DNA of 64,000 nt from Macrostomum hystrix. Taxonomy: Eukaryota > Animalia > Platyhelminthes. Both the position numbers and the translations under genes were made by a program. A model generated the notes under the pieces. That model searched no databases, was not told where the DNA came from, and saw nothing but the letters and a program-made list of their open reading frames with translations. Shown in pieces: positions 27,001 to 39,140 of the stretch. Numbering within the stretch: the stretch's first letter is position 1; every line of letters starts with the position of its first letter. The DNA is taken from contig CATNEN010000001.1 in assembly GCA_950097015.1 (NCBI GenBank), positions 16,926,001 through 16,990,000 of the forward strand, in the 5' to 3' direction.

Positions 27001-30000
27001 ACAGGACTGACTACCTGTCTAACAGGACTGACTACCTGTCTAACAGAATACACTCTTGTCTAACAGGATACACTCCTGTCTAACAGGATACACTCCTGTC
27101 TAACAGGACACACTCTTGTCTAACAGGATACACTCCTGTCTAACAGGATATACTCCTGTCTAACAGGATACACTCCTGTCTAACTGGATACACTCCTGTC
27201 TAACAGGATACACTCCTGTCTAACAGGATACACTCCTGTCTAACAGGATACACTCCTGTCTAACTGGATACACTCTTGTCTAATAGGATACACTCCTGTC
27301 TAACTGGATACACTCTTGTCTAACAGGATACACTCTTGTTTAACAGGATATACTCCTGTCTAACAGGACACACTCTTGTCTAACAGGATACACTCCTGTC
27401 TAACAGGATATACTCCTGTCTAACAGGATACACTCCTGTCTAACTGGATACACTCTTGTCTAACAGGATACACTCTTGTTTAACAGGATATACTCCTGTC
27501 TAACAGGACACACTCTTGTCTAACAGGACACACTCTTGTCTAACAGGATACACTCTTGTCTAACAGGATACACTCCTGTCTAACAGGATAAACTCCTGTC
27601 TAACAGGACACACTCTTGTCTAACAGGACACACTCTTGTCTAACAGGAAACAAAGCTATTCATCTTAGTTTGACCGATAGTTAGGCCCAAGTGACCCCTA
27701 CACAATATGCAGCTAAAACAGAAACTATTACTGTTACCAGCCAGTAGAAGGGCTAGATTGTAAAGTCGCTTCATCTTCTTAGATGCAAAAAAATTTCCTT
27801 GGGTCGAAAAAGGCGATCGATCTGAGGCTCGTGAGTTATTGGCATCGTGAGTTCGCTGTGGCTGCATCCTCTATTCTTAATCCTAGGTGAGATTAAAGGA
27901 TTAGCCTGGATTAGAAGCATATTCGTCTGGAGTTCTCGCAGCTGGTCGAATATTTGAGTCGACCCTTGGCTGACACTCTCGGTGTACTTTTTTCAAGTAT
28001 AAGATTTATTGCCCTATAATAACACGGGGCGGCAGTATGATAGGGCTTTAAGAATGCGGCGGATTAAAATGGTCGATTTTGGGAACATGGAAAAAGGAAA
28101 ATCTTCGATTCCGTCAACATGGAAAATCGTCGATTTCGTCAACATGGAAAATCGTCGATTTCGTCAAGTGGGAGAAATCGTCGATTTTGTCTCCAGGGAA
28201 AATCGTCGATTTTGTCTACTAGGAAAATCGTCGATTCTTTAAGCATGGAAAATCGTCGATTTTGTCTACTAGGAAAATCGTCGATTCTTTAAGCATGGAA
28301 AATCGTCGATTTTTTCTACTTGGAAAATCGTCTATTTTTTGCATGGAAAATCGTCGATTTTTGTCCACGTGGAAAATCATCGAATTTTTCTACACGGAAA
28401 ATCGTCGATTTTTCATTCTTGTGAAACCGAAACAATTTGATTCAAACGATATTCTATTAAACACAATGAAATTCAGCGAACGGCAGCTGGTCAGACTGGG
28501 CGGTCTGGCGAGCCTGTCATCCCAGCTGCGAATCCGGCACGGCATGCTCACCTGAGTGCTTCGCCAAGAGCTCCGAGCGAAGGCGCAATTGTACCAAGCC
28601 GATGTTCGGCGGAAAACCGTGCCAGGGCCAAGCCACGGTTATCGAGGCCTGTGACACAAAATGCACAGGTGAGGAATATTTGCCCAGCCCTATCCAATAT
28701 TATCTATGTTTAACCTACACTTATCAATCCCAATCCTATTAATCCCAATCCTATCAATCCCAATCCTATCAATCCCAATCCTATCAATCCCAATCCTATC
28801 AATCCCAATCCTATCAATCCCAATCCTATCAATCCCAATCCTATCAATCCCAATCCTATCAATCCCAATCCTATCAATCCCAATCCTATCAATCCCAATC
28901 CTATCAATCCCAATCCTATCAATCCCAATCCTATCAATCCCAATCCTATCAATCCCAATTTAATATTATCAATCCCAATCCAATATTATCAATACCAATG
29001 TAATATTATTAATCCCAATCTAATATAATCAATTCCAATCCTTTTTTATCAATCCCAATAATATTAATCCAAATCCTATATAAACAATCCCAATCCTATA
29101 TTATCAATCCTTATTTATCAATCCCAATCCTATATTTTCAACCCAAATCCTATATTATCTATCCCTATCCGATATTATCAATCTCTATCATGTATTTTCG
29201 ATCTCTATCCAGAATTATCCATTTCTATCCATCATTATCCAATGCTTATCTGACATTTGTTCATCCCTCAGTGCACGGCAACTGGAGTCCCTGGAGCTCT
29301 TGGAGCTACTGCGGTCTCGACTGTCGGTCATTGCGTCATCGATCTTGCACCAATCCGGCGCCTAGAAACGGCGGCCGGGGTTGCGTCACTAGCGACGGCA
29401 GCTCCCAGTCTGCTGGTGACGAAATTCGCAACTGCACGGACGGGCTGTGCAAAAGTGAGTTTTCTAGTTTTTTACTTTCTATCCATGCTTTTTAATCTTT
29501 ATCCTTCTTTATCCATCACTATCCATCTTTATCCGTCGCTATCCATCACTTTCATCACTATCCATCCTTATCCATCGCTATTCATCTCTATCCATCTCTA
29601 TCGATCTCCAGCCATCTTTATCCGTAAATATCCATAGAAATTTGCTGTTCTCTTAACAATTCGCAGTTGATTGACGCGCTCAATATTATCCCACTAGCCT
29701 TTAATGAGGATTCTATATCTCCTATCGCATAAGTCATGCAAATATAATATTTAGATTTTAGCATTTACTTGATGACTGGCCTTGTTCTACATGTTGAAAT
29801 AATATTAATAATTGAGTAAAATATATCTTTATAGAGTATCTGGCTATATATGCTGAGTGCAGGGAGTCAAGTAGAAGTGAATATTCTGTCAAAAGCTACT
29901 CAAAGACTGACTTCAAAGCATGACTCATTGTGACCCCGGCCGGTGTGGCCAGTCTTGTATAACAAAATTAAAATGCAGCGAGTTTCCTAAAAAACTAAAT

Positions 30001-33000
30001 TAATCAGTTAGCTCGCACAGTGTAGCTGTCATATTTGACATAGCTGGTGCTTTAGGGTTTGCTAACGCTGTTCTTTGAAAACGCTGTTGGTTTGCTTCTC
30101 TACATCAGCTTATTGCGCAAATCATAATTTATCCAAGTTGTTTATTCTTGAACTCGAGTTACGAATTCAGAAATTTGTTAAATTTCAGAAGAGGACCCCA
30201 CACTGCTGATGTATATTAATGGCAATGGACAAGCAGGTGAGTCGTGCCACAGTCACAATCACAAAAGTTTGTATTTTCCATTTGTATAACCACGGGGGTT
30301 TTTCAAAGCCGTCCGACTTCAGCATCGTCGAGATATTCAACGATTCTTATCGAAGACAATGGTGAAAATGTGAAAAGTTGATTATCAGTGTGTCGGGACT
30401 TCAGGATTTTATAAAATTGATGCGCGTAGCAAAAAGAGTCCTAGAACCCGTAGATGTGAGTCGATGTGAGCATACCTCATCGGCGGGATGGTTGAACCGG
30501 AAGCTGCCGTCAGCACACAATGAGCGTCGGTCTTCAATTTTGTGCCATTATTTTTTTCCACTCCATCCATTGCCAGCGCAGACTGCAGAACAGCATTGTA
30601 GCCCTGCAAGCTAGAATCACAAATCAGTTAAACATGAATTGGAACACGCAAATTCTTGTACGACGTCATTGTGTCAAGCTTCTGTCCCGTCAAATCTGCC
30701 TGTCTATACAGTCGGGTTTTTCTTGTTCACTCTCTGACAATGAGATTCCTTCCGCAGCTCCACCCACAATGGCCGTGCGGTTGAGTCTCTGGAAAACTTT
30801 TTCTTATAACATCTTAATGAATGACAGAACACGACCAATATGCCTAGGCAAATTTATGAATAAAATAAAACAGTATTTTGGCTAGACTAGAAAAAAACAC
30901 AGCAACTTGACTTAAACGAGGCTCCGCGATGTGGCTTGAAGTTATGCTTAGAAAAATGACTGGAAAATTCTTACTTTTTTGTTTTAATTTTTTACTGAGC
31001 ACCCCCCCCCCTGAGATGACTCAGTGTCTGGCTGAGCCGACGATAAAATAAGGATTATAGGGAGTTAAAGGCAGACAAATTTTTAGTAGAAGATTGCGGT
31101 TTATGAGCAGATTAACCTGACTGCCTGGTTGTACCGTTAGTTAAAAATAATAATAAATAGCTCTTACCTCGCATAATCTTGTTCCAATCTCTTAATCGAT
31201 GTCTAAGACCATATTTTGTTTCTACCCAATTCCAAGTGAGCCCGGATCACGCCTCTAACCTTAACAACCTGGCCATCTACATTGGCCTGTTCGTGGCGGC
31301 GTCCGTTGTTGTCACGGTTGCCATGGTGATTGTCTACCTAGTCAGAAAGAAGTCTGCGCCAAGTTTCGCCACCGGTAGGCGGAATTTCCGATGCAGTTCG
31401 CATCAACAGCACACAAATGGTGAGTGACAGCTGGGGGAGGCCTAGATTATATATGTTAATTAGTTTTACCACAGACTCGAGCTCTAGACGTATTAACCGC
31501 TCTACCACTCACTTCAAGTTGGAGCGAATTTTGTCTATGGCTCATAGATAGTGCCATAGACATCTAACTACAAGCAATATCTGTATCCCGGATAAATAGA
31601 TAAGCTGCTTAGGGGCAAAATGAGACAAACGGTCGAGGCGCGAACAACTGTCTATGGCTAAATTACCTTCATTTTTATGTATCGACTTTATTTCATGTCG
31701 CGCTCGATGTGAGTGTCTAGGGCAAAAACTCATCGTCGAAAAAGGCTCTAACTAGTTTGTTTTATTTTTTGGGGGTGCAGGGGTGAAGACCCTACACTTC
31801 AACCATAGACTAAATTTGATTGGTGTGGCATTTTAATTATTGTGACTTATTAATAAATTATATCTAGGCTTATGCCGTTTTAAGAACAGCAAAAAAATTC
31901 ACGACTCTCACGTAGCTTGGTTTGACTGACTTGCACACTTAATAATTCGATCCTAAGTTAAGCCTAAAGTTACCTGATAAGATTTTTGTGAGCGCTACTT
32001 GAGAATAGTTGTGACGTAATCGAAAATCCGACTCACTCGGGCTTAGATCGATAAATAGAAAGAAAGACGAGAACAGAAGTGAAAGTTCCTTCCTACAAGC
32101 TTTTAATTCCTTTTAAGAGCTTTGTAAGGGGGGCAATTGGCCCAACAGGTGTTCAATCTCTGGTCCCGTCATTCAATTTTGAGTCCCTCCCAATGAGTCT
32201 ATGATATTTTCTAAACTGTAATTTCTTAATTCCTCCTCTGTTTCAGTGAACTGTTCCACCGTAAGCTCAAACGACAAGGAAGTTAAGCACACCAACGGTA
32301 AGCGATAAATCCATTAATGCCTGTTGCGTAATAGTTTTGATGCACCGAATTTTGGTCTTGTTATCGGGAACGCCAGATCTTTATATTGGAAAAAATAAAA
32401 AGCTGCTTTCTAGGAAACCTCATCAGTTGAAGAAAGAAACCAGGTTGCGGGTCATCGATAAGGCCTCCTGATTCTAGATCACTCCCATTCACTCTACCTC
32501 TCTCCTAATCACTCTACCTCTCACCCATTCACTCTACCTCTCACCCATTCACCCTACCTCTCACCCATTCACTCTACCTCTCACCCATTCACTCTACCTC
32601 TCACCCATTCACTCTACCTCTCACCCATTCACTCTACCTCTCACCCATTCACTCTACCACTCACCAATTCACTCTACCTCTCACCCATTCACTCTACCTC
32701 TCATCCAATTCACTCTACCTCTCACCCATTCACCCTACCTCTCACCCATTCACTCTACCTCTCACCCAATTCACTCTACCTCTCATCAGACATACAGACT
32801 CCTAGAACAGACATACAGACTCCTAGAACAGACATCGATACCTGTAAAAGACACCTAAGCTATTCTACAATATAAGCAGACTTTTGTACTGAATGTATGA
32901 TGTCAACATATTCCAACACTACTGACAGTAGCCGCATAGCAAATCGCTGAGTCATCAAAGCCAACTCCATTTTTTCCAGAACTTCTTCTGCCGCCAGAAC

Positions 33001-35715
33001 TAAGCGGCAGCAATGGCACTACAATCAAGAATCCGAACGTGATAGAAATGTCCCAACAGCACGGACCATACAAGCAGCAGCAGCAGCAGCAGCAGCAGTT
33101 GCAGCTGCATGCTAGCGAACAATTACTGCCAGTCCACTTGCCAATGTCTTCAACTTTTCACAGCATCACCAACCAGCAGCAGCCTGTGTTTCACTATGCC
33201 ACTTGCTATGCCAGCAGTCCTGTGGACTTCAGCGGGCGTCCGGGGTCGGCGCTGTACGAGCTGCCTGCCGGGCTTCAGAGCCAGCAGCCGCTGATGCCGC
33301 ACAGCGCTCGGCCTGAACAGCTGGCCTGGGCTCGAATCGGGGCTGGCGGCGGCCGCGTCTGCTTGTCAGAGACTGGTGAGGCCAGATTCCCTGTCTGTCT
33401 GTCTGTCTGTCTGACAGCCAGTTCTGTATCAGTCTGTCAGTCTGTCTGTCTGACAGCCAGTTCTGTATCAGTCTGTCAGTTCTGTATCAGTCTGTCAGTT
33501 CTGTATCAGTCTGTCAGTTCTGTATCAGTCTGTCAGTTCTATATCAGTCTGTCAGTTCTGTATCAGTCTGTCAGTTCTATATCAGTCTGTCAGTTCTGTA
33601 TCAGTCTGTCAGTTCTGTATCAGTCTGTCAGTTCTGTATCAGTCTGTCAGTTCTGTATCAGTCTGTCAGTTCTGTATCAGTCTGTCAGTTCTGTATCAGT
33701 CTGTCAGTTCTGTATCAGTCTGTCAGTTCTGTATCAGTCTGTCAGTTCTGTATCAGTCTGTCAGTTCTGTATCAGTCTGTCAGTTCTGTATCAGTGTGTC
33801 AGTTCTGTATCAGTCTGTCAGTTCTGTATCAGTCTGTCAGTTCTGTATCAGTCTGTCAGTTCTATATCAGTCTGTCAGTTCTGTATCAGTCTGTCAGTTC
33901 TATATCAGTCTGTCAGTTCTGTATCAGTCTGTCAGTTCTGTATCAGTCTGTCAGTTCTGTATCAGTCTGTCAGTTCTGTATCAGTCTGTCAGTTCTATAT
34001 CAGTCTGTCAGTTCTGTATCAGTCTGTCAGTTCTGTATCAGTCTGTCAGTTCTGTATCAGTCTGTCAGTTCTGTATCAGTCTGTCAGTTCTATATCAGTC
34101 TGTCAGTTCTGTATCAGTCTGTCAGTTCTATATCAGTCTGTCAGTTCTGTATCAGTCTGTCAGTTCTGTATCAGTCTGTCAGTTCTATATCAGTCTGTCA
34201 GTTCTGTATCAGTCTGTCAGTTCTGTATCAGTCTGTCAGTTCTGTATCAGTCTGTCAGTTCTGTATCAGTCTGTCAGTTCTGTATCAGTCTGTCAGTTCT
34301 GTATCAGTCTGTCAGTTCTGTATCAGTCTGTCAGTTCTGTATCAGTCTGTCAGTTCTGTATCAGTCTGTCAGTTCTGTATCAGTCTGTCAGCTCTGTATC
34401 AGTCTGTCAGTTCTGTATCAGTCTGTCAGTTCTATATCAGTCTGTCAGTTCTGTATCAGTCTGTCAGTTCTATATCAGTCTGTCAGTTCTGTATCAGTCT
34501 GTCAGTTCTGTATCAGTCTGTCAGTTCTATATCAGTCTGTCAGTTCTGTATCAGTCTGTCAGTTCTGTATCAGTCTGTCAGTTCTATATCAGTCTGTCAG
34601 TTCTGTATCAGTCTGTCAGTTCTGTATCAGTCTGTCAGTTCTGTATCAGTCTGTCAGTTCTGTATCAGTCTGTCAGTTCTGTATCAGTCTGTCAGTTCTA
34701 TATCAGTCTGTCAGTTCTGTATCAGTCTGTCAGTTCTATATCAGTCTGTCAGTTCTGTATCAGTCTGTCAGTTCTGTATCAGTCTGTCAGTTCTGTATCA
34801 GTCTGTCAGTTCTGTATCAGTCTGTCAGTTCTATATCAGTCTGTCAGTTCTGTATCAGTCTGTCAGTTCTGTATCAGTCTGTCAGTTCTGTATCAGTCCA
34901 CTTAGACTTTTTTTGTAAAATTTTCATCTTTTTTATCACCTCATGTCTGTATTTCTCTACGGCCGTGAAATTCAGGTCAACGGCAATTCTTAGACGCACA
35001 TTTTCCCTTAATCATCAAAGAAATTTTCCCAGCACAAATTTTCCATCATAACCAAGTGTGGCTGAACAAGCGAGGTGGGAATCTGCACAAGATTATCCGC
35101 TTCATCGATTTCACAATTTCTCGCAGCCATTTCGTGGGTCCTAAGCACGCTAGCCTCGTTACGCAATGCATGCTTAACAAAGAACAAATTGTGTTAGGAA
35201 ATTCAATGACCCGTGAATTAGCGGGTCCCAGAGTTCAACGCAATGATAGCTGGCGAGTCCCGGGTCAATTGTAGCACAAATCAGGCGTGGAAAGCGCTAA
35301 ACACGCCTGCCACTTGACAATGCGTGCTTGTTGGGAACATAACGAGGTTGGAACTGCAGAACTGAAGATAGACTGTAGTGGTTAAACAATGACCCGAAAC
35401 TCGCTCCATTCCAGGTGTCTCTCTGTCCCTGCCTCCCGGCAGTCTAGCGAGCTCCAGCGAAGTCTTCCTCACCGTCTGCTCGGATCCGAGCGATCAGCTG
35501 CCAAGCCTGACTGATCGTCAGATACTGCTGTCGCCAGTAGTCACTTGCGGAGCAGCCGCTGGTGCTTCGCGTTTGAGCAGACCGGCGGTACTGACACTGC
35601 CGCATTCGGCCTGCCTACGACAGGGCTTCTGGAATGTCACCGTGATGTGCCGCGGCGATAGCGAGATCAGCAGCGGCACCTGGCACGAGCTGCTTCGAGT
35701 TGGATGCGAAAGTCA

Positions 35716-35759
<44 letters not shown>

Positions 35760-37746
35760 CTCAACTGTCTGCTCCATCATTTTGTCAGCTTGATCAAAAC
35801 GTCTGTCACCTGATGCTGCCCAGGTTTGGCAGCTTCTGCCTGGTCGGCCAGTCACTCGAAGGCGGATTCGCCTCCGTTCAGCTTCGCTTGGCTGCGTTCG
35901 CGGCGCCTCTGTCCCTTTCAGCGTCCTCCGACTTCAGCCTGCGGTTGTACGTATTGCGCGACACTCCTGACGCACTCGAGCAGGTGATGTCGGCTGAGAG
36001 ACAGACTGGCGCCAGGCTGATTGACGCTCCGAAGCAGCTGGGCTTCAAGGACTGCGCCGAGCCCCTCTGTCTGGGCATCGAGGAGCTGTCGCTGGGTTGG
36101 CGATCCAGGTGCAAACACCAGGAGGTGCCTTTCGGTCACGTGTGGCACGGCCATCAGTCTGGCGGCCTGCACTGCGCATTCAGCTTGGAACACGTGGATC
36201 CAACCAGACAGAGCGTGTCCTGCAAGATTGTTGTGTACCAGAACCGGCACTACAACAGCAGACAGGTGGTGCACATTGTCAGCAACAAGAGCGACGTAAG
36301 TGTGGATGCAAGTACGCGTTACCTTTGCGAATAATTTGAGGTTTTGTGGCTTAGAAAAGACCCTGTAGCTTTCCAAGAAACAAGTAGAAGCCTTTAAACA
36401 TATTTGGTAGCTTTTCCAAGAAATACTTCTAACTGGTTTCGGTAGCTTTTCCAAGAAAGCCTGTCAAACTGGTTTCAGTAGCTTTTCCAAGAAAGCCTGT
36501 CAAACTGGTTTTGGTAGCTTTTCCAAGAAAGCCTGTCAAACTGGTTTCAGTAGCTTTTCCAATAAAGACTTCTAACTGGTTGTGGTGGCTTTTTGAAGTC
36601 TAATCGAATGGGTACGAGCGTATTTAGTAAAATTATTTCTAACAGGTCAAACAGCAATTTAGCAGTTTTATTTTTCTACATGTGACTCTAGCTTATTTAA
36701 ATTGTATATAGCCTACAGATTTAAAATGTCACTGTACTAATCATTTCAGCTGCCCTGCGTTAACCACGAAGGCAGTCCGGTGTATCCAACCAACGCCATG
36801 TTGGATCCGTGCCGTCTGGGACTCCACGTTGACCCGGCACCAACAGTGTTTCGGTGAGGCACCTGTGCTGTTCTATTTGGGCATATTAACCGTAGAACTT
36901 ATACCAAGGGGGACCCACGGACCATTTTTGTGCTGCACCCAAACGGAGAATTGCAAGCACACGAAACTCAAGAACACGGGCCAACATTTTGTTGCGCGTC
37001 TTCTGAAACAGGATTCAAGTCGCCAGCTTTTCAGACCGTCGAGATATTCAATCGTTCTGGCCGAAAGTCGGATTTTTCGCATAAGCGCTAATGAATTTCA
37101 TATATCCCCTCTACGCGAATTAGCATGTCACCCGAATGTGCTTGCATCATCTCCGTCTTTGGAGGTCACCTAACCTTCTCTAGACTGGACCTTCAAGGGC
37201 TACAAAAAGTGGAACTAGGCCACTATGGACACCGTTACGCGAATTTCTCTAATTTCACTGATCAAGCCTAGTTACAAGGTGCAGCTCAACCACAAGACAC
37301 CATCGCCTAGTCTGTCAAACAATCAGTCACCACCCAGCGCTGTTAGCATGATCGGGCTCTGCAAAAACCTCTGCAAAAACGGGCGGCAAAATGGCTTGGT
37401 AGTCTTACTGTTAATTGATGAAAGTCAGTCAGGCTGATAACCTTAGTCACCCTTCGCCAACTGCAGACTGCCCAGTCGTCTGCGCAAGGCCGTCTCTCAG
37501 CTGCTGGACGCGCCGAATCCGCGAGTCGGAGGTCACGACTGGATGACACTCAGTCGGATGATGGGCATCGAACGATGCGTCAACTACTTCGCCTGCCAGC
37601 CGAGCCCGACCGAGTGCCTTCTGGACCTATGGGAGGCTCGCAGCCGAGAGGAGGACTCGCTAACCCGACTCATCGACAGCTTGAGAGCCATCAACCGGCC
37701 GGATGTGGCCAGCTTGCTGGAAGGCGATCTAGATCGATGGCAGTGA
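21542..37746 (+). CDS. unc-5: UNC-5 family netrin receptor, ~1028 aa, 12 coding exons
   Basis: Phase-consistent GT-AG exons: 21542-22019 (signal peptide + Ig1, ends FYCNCEAWN...AVVRLA), 24316-24422 (YFDSNRF...[13 protein letters not shown]), 26556-26739 (VKWLKDG...NYSCVAE, Ig2), 28477-28668 (TSP1), 29272-29454 (TSP1, [10 protein letters not shown]...[12 protein letters not shown]), 30189-30236, 31237-31419 ([28 protein letters not shown]), 32247-32297, 32980-33375 (ends [13 protein letters not shown]), 35415-36295 (ZU5+UPA), 36750-36853, 37467-37746 (death domain, [13 protein letters not shown]). This domain order is diagnostic of UNC-5. Confidence 0.93.
24020..24073. repeat. (CTG)n microsatellite in unc-5 intron 1
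   Basis: Directly visible. Confidence 0.9.
24452..26002. repeat. Highly homogeneous 14 bp repeat (GAATCTGGGATTTA), unc-5 intron 2
   Basis: Directly visible; starts ~30 nt after the donor at 24423. Confidence 0.97.
26744..27647. repeat. Compound array: 21-mer (CTAACAGGACTGACTACCTGT) switching to 20-mer (CTAACAGGATACACTCCTGT), unc-5 intron 3
   Basis: Directly visible; begins inside the GTGAGT donor. Confidence 0.95.
28064..28413. repeat. Degenerate repeat with palindromic core GGAAAATCGTCGATTTT and short variable linkers
   Basis: Directly visible upstream of the TSP1 exon acceptor. Confidence 0.85.
28722..29190. repeat. 15 bp repeat (ATCAATCCCAATCCT), degenerating rightwards, unc-5 intron 4
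   Basis: Directly visible. Confidence 0.9.
32479..32785. repeat. 20 bp repeat (CACTCTACCTCTCACCCATT)
   Basis: Directly visible. Confidence 0.9.
33391..34898. repeat. 19 bp repeat (ATCAGTCTGTCAGTTCTGT), unc-5 intron 9
   Basis: Directly visible; the 670-aa ORF reads through the donor at 33376 into it. Confidence 0.97.
36363..36595. repeat. ~35 bp repeat (GTAGCTTTTCCAAGAAAGCCTGTCAAACTGGTTTC)
   Basis: Directly visible. Confidence 0.85.
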
Positions 37747-39140
37747 CGCTGAGAAAATTTTTTATTAACAAAGAGATCAACTTTACCTTCCGATATTTTC
37801 GTTTACTAACAAAAGCACCAGAATTTTTATTATACTAGTCTTTGATGTATTGTGTTCGTATTATGGCCTGTTTAAATTCGCGCGACAGGTCTGATTCTAA
37901 TTAAACAAAATTATATTGTCCAAAGCTTCGCTCATAGCGTGTAACAAAAATGCATACCCCAATCTGATTTTAAAAGTCGATATAGTCAACTTTTATACAA
38001 CTAAACACTAAAGCATAGAATCGGAGAGTCTATTTTAATCCCACTGTTCTTTCATTGATGTCAGTACCTTTTAAAGTATGCATATTTGTAATTCACCTAA
38101 GCATTGCCTGAAACATTGCTGTGAAATTTAGTTACTATGAAAACACAGGAGATAAAACTGTCTGATATTTGAACTAATAAAAAGCTTTAAATCTGTCATT
38201 AAACTTAAGGTAGCAAGTGCGTCTCATAGTTTGAAACATTCTTTGTCCGTGCCATATTGTTAATCGACTTGCTTTGTTTAAGTAAAATGAATTTTTTTTT
38301 CGGTGTAAAAAATTCAAACTGAATTTCCACATATTCATAATTACGAGTGTTTGTAAATATCGAAAACTAAGTGCACACTCAACATCAGTTCATTAGTTCG
38401 ATATTTAAGTTTTATTTAAAGTCAATTTTAGTCCCGCTGCATATTTTCCATTTTCCACTAATTTCTGTACGTAATTGATTTATCAGGCAGTCTTTGATTT
38501 TGTAATGTTGAACCCAGTCGCTTAATGCTTGCTTTTTATATGTATTTGCTATATGTTATAAGAAATTCAAACAGTAAACATTGTGAAGTCATTCAATGAC
38601 TTGATTTGTAAATTTATAATTGTTTTTACACCATGTTTAGCGCTTTTATTTAAATAAAAAATTTGAGTGAAGTTTATCTTTTTTTAAATGAAAAATAACG
38701 TTTTGCCAAGTCGTGCTTCTTAACAATGATAAAAATATTTGTTTATTTTTTAGTTTAGTTATAACACAACAAGAATCAGATTTACTGACAAATTAAAAAT
38801 ATTTTTTATAAATTATCGAATTCTATAGTATAAGATTCTTTTTTTTTATTTTAAATTTATTAATTTTACAATACACAAACTAGAACGCACACTTTTCAAC
38901 TATGCGCACATCAAGTTCGCGCTCAAAATACGAATTAAGAAATGTACAGTGTCATAGTTAACATCAGTTTTTTACTTTATCTCACCAAATGTACATTGTA
39001 CGCATGTATTGATCTAACTAGAGTGTAGATAGTATTTTCTGGTGTATTTGCTTTGCAAGTGGCATAAAAGGCGACTTTGTTTATTACCGAGTTAGTATGA
39101 TAGAGTTTATCGACCATTCGCAGACCCAAGGCCTCCCTAT

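Noticed and set aside
28064-28413. CRISPR-like array
   Set aside because: Linkers are only a few nt and partly repeated, there are no cas genes, and it lies in a eukaryotic intron
32400-32430. Hammerhead ribozyme (CTGATGA...GAAA on the minus strand); similar seeds near 52935 and 60757
   Set aside because: No proper stem II closing pair or stems I and III
33376-35051. 670-aa ORF as a single protein
   Set aside because: Only the part up to 33375 is unc-5 exon; the rest is read-through past a GTGAG donor into a 19-bp repeat
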